Part shown: piece by piece, positions 38,816-48,536 of the stretch | How the letters are laid out: each line of letters begins with the position of its first letter | Numbering within the stretch: the stretch's first letter is position 1 | NCBI GenBank assembly: GCA_050011565.1 | Contig: JBEKIW010000001.1 | Coordinates: forward strand, 677,855 to 741,854 | Reading direction: 5' to 3' | DNA length: 64,000 bases | Origin: Dehalococcoidia bacterium | Lineage (GTDB): Bacteria > Chloroflexota > Dehalococcoidia > GIF9 > UBA5629 | Position numbers and translations under genes: made by a program | Notes under the pieces: generated by a model | Told to the model about the DNA's origin: nothing | Databases searched by the model: none | Seen by the model: only the letters and a program-made list of their open reading frames with translations

Positions 38816-39517
38816 CTACTCGGCCGACAATTTCTCCCAGGCTGAGCGAGCAGCCTCCATCTCTGCCGCTCTTTTAGTTTTTCCTGAACCGGACCCCAAC
38901 GTCCTATCCCCGAGCGTGACTTCAACAACGAAGCTTTTGTCATGGTCGGGACCCGAAGCTTCCGCGACGCGGTAAGCCGGCAGCTGTTTGTATTTAGCCT
39001 GCGTCAACTCCTGCAGTAGAGCTTTAAAGTTTCGCCCTATCCCCCTGGCTCTCACCTCCTCAAGCTGCGCGGCAAATTTGGCTAAAACAAAATCCGAAAC
39101 GATGCTTAACCCCTGGTCAAGGAATATAGCCCCAATCAGGGCTTCGAAGGCATCAGCCAGGTTAGTTTGTTTCTGGCGTCCTCCGGTTACCTCTTCACCC
39201 TTTCCCAAAAGTAGGTAATCGCCTAGCTTAAGTCCTGCGGCAATTTCCGCTAAATTTTCCTGGCGAACTAACGACACTCGAATCTCAGTCAGGTCACCTT
39301 CGCTAAAATTGGGAAACTCACGGTACAGTTCCTCAGCAACGATAAAGCTCAATAACGCGTCGCCGAGGAATTCAAGTCGCTCATTATCGGCAATTGGAGA
39401 GCCTGGATTCTCATTTGTATAGGAGGAATGAATAAAAGCTTGCTGCAGTAAGGACTCATCTTTAAAGTTTATCCCGATAACCTGCTGCAAAGCCTGCCAG
39501 TCAATCAAAGTACTCAA
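38816..39517 (-). CDS. rnc: Ribonuclease III
   Basis: NERLEFLGDA, ADAFEALIGA and dsRBD. Confidence 0.97.
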   Translation of the reverse strand: MSTLIDWQALQQVIGINFKDESLLQQAFIHSSYTNENPGSPIADNERLEFLGDALLSFIVAEELYREFPNFSEGDLTEIRVSLVRQENLAEIAAGLKLGDYLLLGKGEEVTGGRQKQTNLADAFEALIGAIFLDQGLSIVSDFVLAKFAAQLEEVRARGIGRNFKALLQELTQAKYKQLPAYRVAEASGPDHDKSFVVEVTLGDRTLGSGSGKTKRAAEMEAARSAWEKLSAE

Positions 39518-39725
39518 TCCTCTGTAATTGAGTATAGCAACGAGTCGGCAATAGTGGCAAATTAAGTTGTGCTCAATGATTAGAAATAAACGTCAAATAA
39601 GGCGTCGGTGGGTCAAGGAAAGAATTGGCGGGACAAAGGAATGAGCTTCCTCAGTCCCGCCCTTATAGCTGCCTATTTATATGTTACAGAGGTTTGTGTC
39701 TATAATAAACTAACTAGCCAATTCG

Positions 39726-40709
39726 TTAAAGGCTGCCATCGCCATCGACTCGGATTAGCCAGTTGATCCCCTGGTATTTAATCGGAACTTCCACAGGTTG
39801 ACCCATGTTAGATATACCCGACCGGGTTTCAGTAGATGACACGCCTGAAGTTATGTATGGATTAGGCCTGTCATAGCCCACGAAAATGGCAGGACGAACT
39901 TCAGAACCCCATGGCCAGGCCACCATTTCACCCTGGAACTGGGGACTATGCGTGACTATTTCCACATAGAAATCGCCGTTAGCGCTGACGTTCGGAACTT
40001 CAATCTCCTTCCAGAAACTACCCACATCATTCCAAAAAACGCGCCACGGAAGATTCACTGACCATAGTTGCTGCGTTCTGTTACTGTCCCAAATTCTCAC
40101 TGTTGCAGATCTATCGTACCAGTCACTGTCCTTGGCCACAATGCCCTGCACATATAATTCGATTTTTTGTATTTTAAAAGGCGTTGCCGGCGGCGAGAAA
40201 TGAACTATATAGCCATAATCTCCGGCTACACTTAATAGTTCTCCATAGGCATTTCCCAAGTCATACTGGATTCTATACGGCCACTGGTAAACATTCAGTG
40301 TAGCGGACGAGTCTACAATTTCTAGCTTATAGCTGCCGGGGGCATTCTTGTTTACCTGGAAGGTTACAGCCTCAGTACCCCCAGGCTCAATCGAGACATC
40401 TTTTTGGTTAGCCGGCTGTCCATCAATGGTTAGAACTGCGGTATAAGTACCCTGGACGCCGCCCGTGTTTGTAACAGTTGCAGAAACTGTTGCCATCTCG
40501 CCGACACTTACGCCACTTCGAGTTACCGTAAGCGGCCCCACTTCAAACTCGGCATAGTCCTTAGGTATCGGATTAGTGACGTTAGCTCCGTCAGATGAGA
40601 CCTTTCCCGCCCCGGGCATTGATTGCACACAGCCTGTTGCTGAGATGGGCAACAACAGAAGAAAAAACCCTACAGCAAAGATTAGATACCGGTATCCGTT
40701 CATACACAC
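39726..40709 (-). CDS. Secreted or lipoprotein with CARDB/Ig-like domain
   Basis: N-terminal hydrophobic signal ending ATGC; VSATVTNTGG..G.Y...L.IDG....V...PG....VTF. Confidence 0.7.
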   Translation of the reverse strand: MCMNGYRYLIFAVGFFLLLLPISATGCVQSMPGAGKVSSDGANVTNPIPKDYAEFEVGPLTVTRSGVSVGEMATVSATVTNTGGVQGTYTAVLTIDGQPANQKDVSIEPGGTEAVTFQVNKNAPGSYKLEIVDSSATLNVYQWPYRIQYDLGNAYGELLSVAGDYGYIVHFSPPATPFKIQKIELYVQGIVAKDSDWYDRSATVRIWDSNRTQQLWSVNLPWRVFWNDVGSFWKEIEVPNVSANGDFYVEIVTHSPQFQGEMVAWPWGSEVRPAIFVGYDRPNPYITSGVSSTETRSGISNMGQPVEVPIKYQGINWLIRVDGDGSL

Positions 40710-40949
40710 CTCCGAAAAGACTATTTTACGCTTGTTATAACGTTTTTTCTGTGCCTAAGGTTTATGTCGTATACTACAATTATACTGCCAATCTGTGACA
40801 TAGGTAATGATGATTTAGTACTAAAAAGACTAGTAATTTGGTAATAGATACCTTAAAGTCTGGGAATTGCAGCTAAAATATGAGAAGATCTGCCAATATT
40901 TCATTACGGTTGCCATAGATATAAACCTTTGTTATAATCCCCGACAGGT

Positions 40950-41023
40950 TGGGGATTAGTCTAGCGGTAGGACAGCGGACTCTGAATCCGTGAGGCCAGG
41001 TTCGAATCCTGGATCCCCAGCCA
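40950..41023 (+). tRNA. tRNA-Gln(CTG)
   Basis: TGGGGAT/ATCCCCA acceptor, GCGGA-CT-CTG-AA-TCCGT, GGTTCGAATCC, CCA. Confidence 0.96.
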
Positions 41024-41181
41024 CTGTGTAGCTATCACGAACTCCCATTTCAGGTAAAGCCATATATCAATTGCCATTAGTAAGTAAATCTAAACTGGTT
41101 TGTGCTTGACAGGCTGCTCCAGCAAGTAGCATCATAATTCAAATCCAAAATACTACAAAATACCCTTATATAAAAAAGGTA

Positions 41182-42105
41182 ATGATGGTAGAACCGGAAA
41201 TATTTACTGTAACGCCAAACATCAGGCTTTTACATCTACAGCCGCCCATACCCGGATACAACAAATTTATCGGGACTTACCTGCTTTCGGGTGAAAAGAA
41301 CGCCGTCGTAGATACTGGACCTACGGCGGCTATTCCGTCCTTGCTTTCTGCATTGAAGAAAGCTGATATCAATCCCGAAGACATTGACTACATTGTGTTC
41401 ACACATATTCACATCGACCATGCCGGTGGTGCCGGAGGAGTGGTTAAGGCACTGCCTAACGCCAAAGTTCTGGCTCACAGTCGCGCTCATGCGCATTTGA
41501 TAAATCCTACTGCATTGTGGGAGTCCAGCCTGAAAGTTTTAGGCGACTACGCCGTTAAAAGCGGCCCGATTGAACCGGTGCCCGAAGATAGGCTAATAGA
41601 TGCGGCGGACGGAATGAGACTCGACCTTGGTCACGACCTGATTCTAGAAGTCTGTCTTACCCCGGGGCATGCCGTCCATCACTTGAGCTTATTTGACCGA
41701 GCTAACGGCGTTCTGCTTGCCGGCGAAGCTGCGGGCGTCTGCATCAATGGGGCCCTAAGGGTGGCAACGCCGCCACCGTTTAAATTGGAGGTAACTCTCT
41801 CTTCCGTTGACAAACTCATGGCACTAAAACCCCGGAAGATTTGCTACAGCCATTTCGGTTGCTATGACAATGGGCTCGAACGACTAAAACTCTATAGAAC
41901 AAAGCTCGTTGAATGGTATGAGTATATCGGCTCGGCAGCTCGGATGGGGAAAAACCCCGAAGAGATATTAAAGGCGCTTAGAGAGAAAGATAGGGACTTA
42001 GACTATCTTGACGAATTGGACCGCGACGTATATTCCCGAGAGATTGCGCTGCTCACCAATAGTATTCGTGGCATAGCCGGAATTACAGCCAGCCAGCCAA
42101 TTTGA
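41182..42105 (+). CDS. MBL-fold metallo-hydrolase
   Basis: THIHIDHAGG, TPGHAVHH, SHFG. Confidence 0.9.
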   Translation: MMVEPEIFTVTPNIRLLHLQPPIPGYNKFIGTYLLSGEKNAVVDTGPTAAIPSLLSALKKADINPEDIDYIVFTHIHIDHAGGAGGVVKALPNAKVLAHSRAHAHLINPTALWESSLKVLGDYAVKSGPIEPVPEDRLIDAADGMRLDLGHDLILEVCLTPGHAVHHLSLFDRANGVLLAGEAAGVCINGALRVATPPPFKLEVTLSSVDKLMALKPRKICYSHFGCYDNGLERLKLYRTKLVEWYEYIGSAARMGKNPEEILKALREKDRDLDYLDELDRDVYSREIALLTNSIRGIAGITASQPI

Positions 42106-42216
42106 CTTTCCATTTACCAGGGGAGATAATGTCCAACGGCGCCTATCATTCTTGCACAGATAAAGTCCGGGCGCAGAGTCCTTCTTACGGCTAGCCAAGT
42201 AATAATGGGTGCCTGT

Positions 42217-42293
42217 GGCGCATTCGTCTAGGGGTTTAGGACGCCGCCCTCTCAAGGCGGAGATCACGGGTTCGAATCCCGTATGCGCTACCA
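42217..42293 (+). tRNA. tRNA-Glu(CTC), integration site
   Basis: GGCGCAT/ATGCGCT acceptor, CCGCC-CT-CTC-AA-GGCGG, GGTTCGAATCCC, CCA. Confidence 0.96.
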
Positions 42294-42353
42294 AACCCCC
42301 TTCGTTAGATTCAATTTTTGTCCTTTATGTCAAATCTGCTAACAATCTGCTAA

Positions 42354-43517
42354 TTACAGGTCCCGCCGCTTCATTATTTCGTCAAATTTTCTGGCCGCTT
42401 CCTCGTCCAGGCCCGGCATGACGTGAGAATAGATATCCGCGGTCACATCAATGCCTGAGTGCCCTAACCTTTCAGATACCACCTTTAAATTAGTGCCGGC
42501 TAAAAGCATTAAGCTGGCATAGGTGTGGCGGGCATCATGCAGGCGGATCCGTTTGACACCGCATTTCTTGATTACCATAGTCCAGGCCCGGGTGACTGTA
42601 TTAGGTCGAAGCGGGCCCCCCTTAGATGTGCAAAATACCAAATCGCTATCGCCTTTTCTCTTGCCAAAAACCGTATCTTCCATTTTCTGAGATTTAAAAT
42701 GCTCTTTAAGAAGCAAAGTCAGAGAGGTTGGTATGGCTATTGACCGCCGGCTTGTCTTTGATTTCGGTTCGGCAAAAATGTACGTGCCCCCTTTGAGCTG
42801 GTGAAGGCCACGACTTATAGCGATACGGCCGTGCTGCAGGTCTATGTCGGTCCATTTCAAGCCCAGGAGCTCGGAGCGGCGCATTCCGGTGTAAAGCGCG
42901 GTGCAAAACGGTACATAATATGGCGTGTCTTTGGCCGCTCCAAGAAACTGGTTTATATCGTCCTGGGTCCAGATTTCCATTTCCTTGCGCATGACCCGAG
43001 GCAGATCAACCTTATCGGCTACGTTTTGATTTAACAGGTCTTTTTTAACCGCTGTCTGCAGCGCCTTATGAATAACCGAATGGTGAAACCGGACCGTATT
43101 AGCTGAATCTTTACCCTGGCCGCGGCCCCTGGCCATGATCATGTCGTAATGCTGTCTTAGGTGCGCCGCCCGGAGCTCGCTTAATTTAACATGGCCGAAT
43201 GCCGGAATAAAATAGGTTTCGATGATCCCCTGGTAACGCTCGAGGCTGCGCTGTGACAGTCTGTTTTTACAATAATCGTCAAGCCATTCCCGGAGATATC
43301 CGGCTACCGTCTTCTTGCCAGAATCAGGAAAACTGCCGCGGTCGATGCGCTGCAGTTCGTCTCTTAACCGGCGCTCAGCGTCTGCCTTTGTGCCGCGGAC
43401 CGTCATCCACTTCTGCCGATATTTGCCGGTGCCCGGGTCCAGCTGGCTAACGATAATGGTATAACTGCCGGCTGCCCGCTTTTTAATGCTGCCGGTGCCC
43501 CTTGCCCGTCTCTTCAT
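42354..43517 (-). CDS. int: Tyrosine integrase (phage/ICE type)
   Basis: Likely start MKRRARGTGSI at 43517; YTGMRRSELLGL, KSK, RLHDARHTYAS, RLGHS..VTADIYSH. Confidence 0.95.
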   Translation of the reverse strand: MKRRARGTGSIKKRAAGSYTIIVSQLDPGTGKYRQKWMTVRGTKADAERRLRDELQRIDRGSFPDSGKKTVAGYLREWLDDYCKNRLSQRSLERYQGIIETYFIPAFGHVKLSELRAAHLRQHYDMIMARGRGQGKDSANTVRFHHSVIHKALQTAVKKDLLNQNVADKVDLPRVMRKEMEIWTQDDINQFLGAAKDTPYYVPFCTALYTGMRRSELLGLKWTDIDLQHGRIAISRGLHQLKGGTYIFAEPKSKTSRRSIAIPTSLTLLLKEHFKSQKMEDTVFGKRKGDSDLVFCTSKGGPLRPNTVTRAWTMVIKKCGVKRIRLHDARHTYASLMLLAGTNLKVVSERLGHSGIDVTADIYSHVMPGLDEEAARKFDEIMKRRDL

Positions 43518-43560
43518 TTCAGTGGCCTGGCCAGCCTTAGTATATCCTTTAACCTTTTGC

Positions 43561-43610
43561 TTGTCGACATTTGACGACAAGTGACGACACTTGACGGCAG
43601 ATGACGGCGA
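43561..43610. repeat. Five tandem 10-bp direct repeats over the int promoter region
   Basis: TTGTCGACAT TTGACGACAA GTGACGACAC TTGACGGCAG ATGACGGCGA. Confidence 0.85.
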
Positions 43611-43614
43611 GTAG

Positions 43615-43881
43615 TTATTTCTCAAGAAATACCTCACTACGGCTTGCTACATCTACTACAGTAGCAGCAGTTCCCATGATTACATCTTTAACTTTTAACC
43701 GGTTGTCTTTCAAGATACCGAAAATATAAGCCGCGGAGCAGCCTAACTCTTCCGCCGCCGGGTCCACACTACCGTGCCTGTTAAGCGCCTCAATAACTTT
43801 TTTGAGCGATATATTCAGCCGGCGGCGCCCTAAACCCTGGACTTTAACCTTTTCGCCGCATTTTGGACATTCAACTTCCAT
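43615..43881 (-). CDS. Small protein with CxxC motif and Fis-like HTH
   Basis: MEVECPKCG...EAL..HGSV..AAEELGCS..YI. Confidence 0.7.
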   Translation of the reverse strand: MEVECPKCGEKVKVQGLGRRRLNISLKKVIEALNRHGSVDPAAEELGCSAAYIFGILKDNRLKVKDVIMGTAATVVDVASRSEVFLEK

Positions 43882-44452
43882 TTTTCTTAACCTTCACTGG
43901 CCTTTTATGTTTTGCTTGCAAAACCCTACGGGAATTGGTTTTTCTTCGCTGGTTATTCTTAGGTGGTTTTTCTTCAATGGTTCTTCTTAGAGGGTCTGTT
44001 TTAAGCCGATTGCGGTACCTGTTTTGAGTTGATTGCCTTACTTGTTTTAAGCCGATTGCGGTACCTGTTTTAAGCTGCGGTACTATTTTAACCTGTGGTA
44101 CTGATATAACCTGCGGTACCTGTTTTAAGTCGCAATATACTGCTTGATTCTTATCCCAAATATCGACAACGCTGATTATGTGGCGAACGTGCCCCCCATT
44201 AACCTCTTTTTTTATCCGAATTAACCTCTTTTTTTTGAGTTCCTGTTTAGCGCGACACACGGTATTTTTATTCATGTGGCATATGTGTGCGAGCCGATCC
44301 TGGCTTTGCCAGCAAGAGCCCCCCTCATCTTCCCCACAGACTCTTCTGAGATGTGCATAAAGACGAAAGCCGGCAGGTGTCAGCTTCATGTCATCGACAA
44401 GATGCGGGACCTGTGTAAAGTAGCTATGGTGTCCGTTATTTTGGTCCGTCAT
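43871..44452 (-). CDS. Replication initiator-like wHTH protein with internal iterons
   Basis: FTQVP.......L....FRLY..L......CW.SQ.RLA....M..NTV.RA..EL....LI; repeated GCGGTACCTGTTTT at 43997-44130. Confidence 0.75.
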   Translation of the reverse strand: MTDQNNGHHSYFTQVPHLVDDMKLTPAGFRLYAHLRRVCGEDEGGSCWQSQDRLAHICHMNKNTVCRAKQELKKKRLIRIKKEVNGGHVRHIISVVDIWDKNQAVYCDLKQVPQVISVPQVKIVPQLKTGTAIGLKQVRQSTQNRYRNRLKTDPLRRTIEEKPPKNNQRRKTNSRRVLQAKHKRPVKVKKNGS

Positions 44453-44651
44453 ACCCGGATCCCTCAGTCTGGTTTAAAAACTTTGTAAGTTTATCCCGCG
44501 GCACCAGGATGCGCCGGCCGAGGCGCTTCACCGGCAACTTGCCTTCCCTGATATATTTGAACGCCGTTGACTTGCCAATCCCCAAAGCCGCAGCTGCCTC
44601 TTCAACGGAAAGCACCAGGCGGTCAGTATTGATATCGGTTTTATTAACCAC
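44436..44651 (-). CDS. Excisionase-family HTH_17 DNA-binding protein
   Basis: LSVEEAAAALGIGKSTAFKYIREGKLPVKRLGRRILVP. Confidence 0.88.
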   Translation of the reverse strand: MVNKTDINTDRLVLSVEEAAAALGIGKSTAFKYIREGKLPVKRLGRRILVPRDKLTKFLNQTEGSGYDGPK

Positions 44652-44813
44652 CTAGGGTATTCCTTTTCTTCATGTCTCGCCCGCTGCTACCTGCAGCGTC
44701 CAGGAAGGATATATTGATTTCCTCTAAGCTAACCGAGCTGCGCCTTAAAAGCTCGCTTGCTGTATATTTTCCTGCCATCATGCTTTTCACCCGCTCAAAA
44801 ACATTCCTGACGA

Positions 44814-45116
44814 TTATTCTTTGGCTTTACCCAGGCCCCCCCCTACCCCACGGTCCGCCACTGCCGGCGTCGGGTCAAGTATAGGTTCGATTTTGCCGTG
44901 TATCCTGGCCGATTCCTCACGTTCAAACGATACATACTGCCTTTTCAATGGTCGAATTTGAATAGAAACGCTTTGACCCAGAAACTGTCTCAAGTAAAAA
45001 TCAGCCGGCAGGACCTCAGTTTGCCCCTCGAGACGAAAACCTTCCGCGGTAACCTCGCCCCGGTATACAACTGAGCCGCGCTCTAGAATATCTTTTGCCG
45101 TGTTCCCTGCCGCCAT
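44814..45116 (-). CDS. Hypothetical protein
   Basis: 100-aa ORF co-oriented with neighbouring element genes. Confidence 0.45.
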   Translation of the reverse strand: MAAGNTAKDILERGSVVYRGEVTAEGFRLEGQTEVLPADFYLRQFLGQSVSIQIRPLKRQYVSFEREESARIHGKIEPILDPTPAVADRGVGGGLGKAKE

Positions 45117-45217
45117 ACTTTCTTAGTGCCTCAGACCTTAGTCTCTACAAAAATGATTATTCCCTTTAATCCGCTGGCTTCTTACGGCCGTTGGTGGACC
45201 TTAACAGCCCCGGGTTA

Positions 45218-45790
45218 TCACTTCAGATTTGATAAAATCTCATTTTCCTGATTCGCGATCATAACGAGCAATCCCTGGGAAACATAAGGGATATCTATCG
45301 GCTCTGCGGTCGCGCCTTCAACAAATGAGTACACAGCCTGTTTATCTTTTAAAATCTCGAGGTTAGCACCGATGAGAGCTCCCGGCGCATCCGGAGCAAA
45401 CATTCTCTTCGCTCCATTCTTTAATCTCAAATATTCGGCAGTATAGAAAGCCAGCCGCGGATAACCGTCTATCATATCTCTCAGGTCTTCATCCCCCACC
45501 ACGTCACTATAGGATTTATAGATTTTACCTTCCAAATAAGTCCCCACTTTAACGACCCATCGCATTTTTGAAGGTGGTATTTGTTCTAGCCACATGAGAG
45601 TATGAATGGCATGTATTTTTTCAAGAGTGTCTTTAGGGTAATATGCGTGCGCACCTTTCCCGGCACCTTGAGAAACAGGCTGGTCGATGAGCTCCTCTTT
45701 AGCATAATTTATCATCGTTACATTGGTAATTGCCCTATTCACCTTGCTCAACTGAGAAATAATCTCTTTGCGGCTGATTAGGTCGTTCAT
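45218..45790 (-). CDS. MerR-like HTH-containing regulator (hypothetical)
   Basis: T..T...Y.KE.LI..P...G.G.G....YP...L..I pattern; RBS AAGGAG; consensus promoter upstream. Confidence 0.6.
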   Translation of the reverse strand: MNDLISRKEIISQLSKVNRAITNVTMINYAKEELIDQPVSQGAGKGAHAYYPKDTLEKIHAIHTLMWLEQIPPSKMRWVVKVGTYLEGKIYKSYSDVVGDEDLRDMIDGYPRLAFYTAEYLRLKNGAKRMFAPDAPGALIGANLEILKDKQAVYSFVEGATAEPIDIPYVSQGLLVMIANQENEILSNLK

Positions 45791-45819
45791 TTTGAGCTCC
45801 TTATATAAATCATTACTTT

Positions 45820-45848
45820 ATTATAAACCCGCACTTTATACTTGTCAA
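45820..45848 (-). promoter_or_regulatory. Consensus sigma70 promoter
   Basis: TTGACA-17bp-TATAAT on the minus strand. Confidence 0.8.
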
Positions 45849-45999
45849 TAGAGGCGTACCAGAAATTTAAAGCTAATGAGCTGCCGGAGCAGAAAAAATT
45901 TGTCAACTTCGCTAGTTCAGAGCCGGGTAGTGTATTATTTTGAAATCTGATATCATTGAAAACACTAATGTGTTAAACCTCGAGCGGAGTTAGAATGCT

Positions 46000-46287
46000 A
46001 TGGACAAAACATATACTGAATCCGAATTACGAGATAAGTTAAGCCGAAAGACAGAACGGATAACTGAAGGATTGATTGGTCGTTTAAGGGATGATGGACT
46101 TTTAAATGACCGCCATTTCAGGGTACAAAGTAAAATTGAGCCAAATGGTTCCATAACAATAGATGGTGAACCTATCCGACAAAGCGTTCAGGAATTCGTT
46201 CACGTTCTATTAGTAGAATTTTTGAAAGAACTCCTTGTCGCCCTTTTCGAAGAAGATGGTAACTCGGACATACCCTTTCATAATTAA
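46000..46287 (+). CDS. Hypothetical protein (the only plus-strand gene called in the element)
   Basis: 95-aa ORF with GGAG RBS, divergent from the regulator. Confidence 0.55.
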   Translation: MDKTYTESELRDKLSRKTERITEGLIGRLRDDGLLNDRHFRVQSKIEPNGSITIDGEPIRQSVQEFVHVLLVEFLKELLVALFEEDGNSDIPFHN

Positions 46288-46565
46288 CTATCCTTCAATG
46301 TGTTTAGCCGTTATATTGGCTGATTACCGGGGTTTGGCAAGCCAGCCAGCGCCGGCAAAGGTGTTGAAGCCGTTTATTGCTAAAACCAAGCCCCTACGAT
46401 GCGATTTCTGAGGCATCCAGGCTTTTACCCGCCTAATTCCCCATAAGACCACCCGGCAATGGAGAGGCTGCCAATTACCTCTCCAAAGCCAGGGGCTTAA
46501 GCGAGTATATCAAGGCCCGAAGGCCGTTGATACCTTCCCCTGGTCAATTATTTCTCAGGAAATAC

Positions 46566-46871
46566 CTAAGCATCGCGGTTTAAGTCCAGGAGGCCCCCTT
46601 TGCCCTTTTTGACAGCCGGCTTCCCGATAAACGCGGCACAGCATTTTTCAATAAACTCTGCCACTGAAATACCCTCTTTGTCGGCTTGTTGTTGGCAGGC
46701 AATAAATAGCTGCTGTTTATTTTTAAATGTTTTGGATTCGCCTCGCTTGGCAAAATATGCCTCGACACAATCGGCCACAAAGCGGGCGAGTTTTTGCCCT
46801 CTCTTTATCGCCTCTAATTCGCATTGTGAATAGAGGCCGAAATTGTTAAAAAAAATAATATCTTTTATCAT
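46566..46871 (-). CDS. Hypothetical protein, possible tandem ribbon-helix-helix
   Basis: Two similar halves: A...G..LARFV..C and A..EGISVAEFI..C. Confidence 0.5.
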   Translation of the reverse strand: MIKDIIFFNNFGLYSQCELEAIKRGQKLARFVADCVEAYFAKRGESKTFKNKQQLFIACQQQADKEGISVAEFIEKCCAAFIGKPAVKKGKGGLLDLNRDA

Positions 46872-46908
46872 GCTGGTTTATCCAGGAACCGCCCAGGGCC
46901 ACTCCACC

Positions 46909-47068
46909 CCGGGCGGTCCCCCATGCGAAACGTATATCAACACCAGAGCGAATTGGTGGTGATACCGAAGTTCGAGGGCCGCCCGGATAGAACTCAGACT
47001 AAAGCTCCGGGCGGTCCCCATGCTGAACGGATATATCAACGCCAGGAGTTGGCGGTGATACCGAAGTT
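46909..47068. repeat. Two ~62-bp direct repeats, each containing a hairpin, just downstream of the capsid gene
   Basis: CCGGGCGGTCCCC..ATGC...TATATCAAC[AG]CCAG...TTGG[TC]GGTGATACCGAAGTT at 46909-46972 and 47007-47068. Confidence 0.85.
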
Positions 47069-48266
47069 AAGCGCTATGCTCGGTCAGAAGCACCAGGGCT
47101 TTATTGGACGGTTTAATAAGGTATCCGCCTACCCTTCGATACACTATGAAACCCACTAACCCGGCCTCAGCATAGAGCTCATTAAGCCGTAGTATGGTTA
47201 TCTCCGAGCGATCGAGTATGCGGTAGCCATACTGGAAGTTGCCGAAGACCGCGATCACACCCTGGGTACCGGTCAGGTCTTCCATGTCATCCTGGTTATA
47301 CACAGGGTAGCCAAGGAATGTAGGCGGGGCACCGGCTATTAGAGACGGCTGCCAGAGGTAATTTCCGTAGTAACCGTCTGCTACCTCGGCCCGCAGCTTA
47401 CGGATCTCTAATTCTAACGTAGAGTTAAAAACCCAGGCTGAGCCCTGCCGGTACTTGGGCGGGACTTCATAGATGCACTGTAGAAAGTCATCGATAGTCA
47501 CCACCCCATCATCTGCAGTGGCCTTAGTGGCCGCCACCAGAGTCGGGTCTACGGTTATGCCGTCAGGTTCGTTTTCACTATGCCCCCTACCTTTGAGGAA
47601 GCCATAGTTTTCCTTTTCAGCTATTGCCCGGCCAAAGGAATCGGACATAAAGTTAACCAGGTCATAGTCTGAGTCTTCGAGCTCATCTCTGCCTACCTTA
47701 ACGAGCCCGGAGAGGTCCTCGATGTATTTGTAATCCTCCGAGGGCGCGGGCGTGGCTTCGGTGATTGCAGCTCCGGTTTCGAGCTTACCCCAGTTCACTT
47801 CGGCCTCGGTTATGTCACGCACCAGTATTCGGTCCTTAGTAATCGTGCGTTGGCTGGCGAGCTGGCGGACTACTACAAATTTAGCCAAGCTTCGCTGCAG
47901 TTCCTCTTCGATAGCCGGCGAGACCAGGTAGCCGCCGGTAGAATCCTCTACAAGCGCCCTTTCCTCGTCCTGAGTGATGCCGGTTTTCCCTTTGCGTATG
48001 TAGTTTAGGAAAGCTCGGTCCTCATCGGCGAGATAGATGCCTTTTCCACCTCTTCCACCACCGGGTGCGGTAGCCATTTCCAGGCTGTTCTGCATTTTTC
48101 CCTTGTCTATGCGAACAGTCAGGTCATCGACCTCAGCTATTAGGTTTTTGTATTCCGTGTCCTCACCTTCAGACATGCCCCTATGCTCTGCATTGTCAAG
48201 AAGCTCACGAGCTTTTGCAAGAAGCTCCGTTCTTTTCCTTTGCATTGCTGGAATATTTTGTAACAC
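47067..48266 (-). CDS. HK97-family major capsid protein
   Basis: Coiled-coil delta domain, RAF..YIR.G, GGYLV, F.KG.G....PDGI, GNYLWQP, T.LGYPV, FGNF..GY.I.DR, GLVGF...RRVGG; RBS AAGGAGG. Confidence 0.93.
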   Translation of the reverse strand: MLQNIPAMQRKRTELLAKARELLDNAEHRGMSEGEDTEYKNLIAEVDDLTVRIDKGKMQNSLEMATAPGGGRGGKGIYLADEDRAFLNYIRKGKTGITQDEERALVEDSTGGYLVSPAIEEELQRSLAKFVVVRQLASQRTITKDRILVRDITEAEVNWGKLETGAAITEATPAPSEDYKYIEDLSGLVKVGRDELEDSDYDLVNFMSDSFGRAIAEKENYGFLKGRGHSENEPDGITVDPTLVAATKATADDGVVTIDDFLQCIYEVPPKYRQGSAWVFNSTLELEIRKLRAEVADGYYGNYLWQPSLIAGAPPTFLGYPVYNQDDMEDLTGTQGVIAVFGNFQYGYRILDRSEITILRLNELYAEAGLVGFIVYRRVGGYLIKPSNKALVLLTEHSA

Positions 48267-48536
48267 TTTGATACCTCCTTAGTTTTTAAACAAAAGTTTT
48301 CACTCGCCTGAGCCACTGTTAGCTCAAGAGCTCCCCTTGAGACCAATTCCTCAGCCTCAAGACAAACCCCCACGCTCCCAAAGGAATCAAGCTCGTCTGC
48401 CGGCAACCAATTCGACCTGGCTCCGGCCTTATTAAGTTAGTGCCCGAGGAGTACAGAACGGCTTGAACAATATCATGGAAAAAAAGAGCCGCCTGCCTAT
48501 TCAGGGCATTTATTCGGACAGACTCCTATCAAATAT

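Noticed and set aside
41998-42294. ORFs overlapping tRNA sequences (also 3018-3224 and 33813-34193) and many short antisense ORFs in the track
   Set aside because: They are shadow translations of tRNA sequence or of the opposite strand of well-supported genes.
42325-42335. TTATGTCAAAT, another XerD-arm-like 11-mer just inside attL
   Set aside because: No plausible partner arm, and it overlaps the integrase arm-type repeats. It also cautions that such 11-mers can occur by chance.
47051-47060. GGCGGTGATA is identical to a lambda CI operator half-site
   Set aside because: No 17-bp operator symmetry; better explained as one arm of the hairpin family and likely coincidental.
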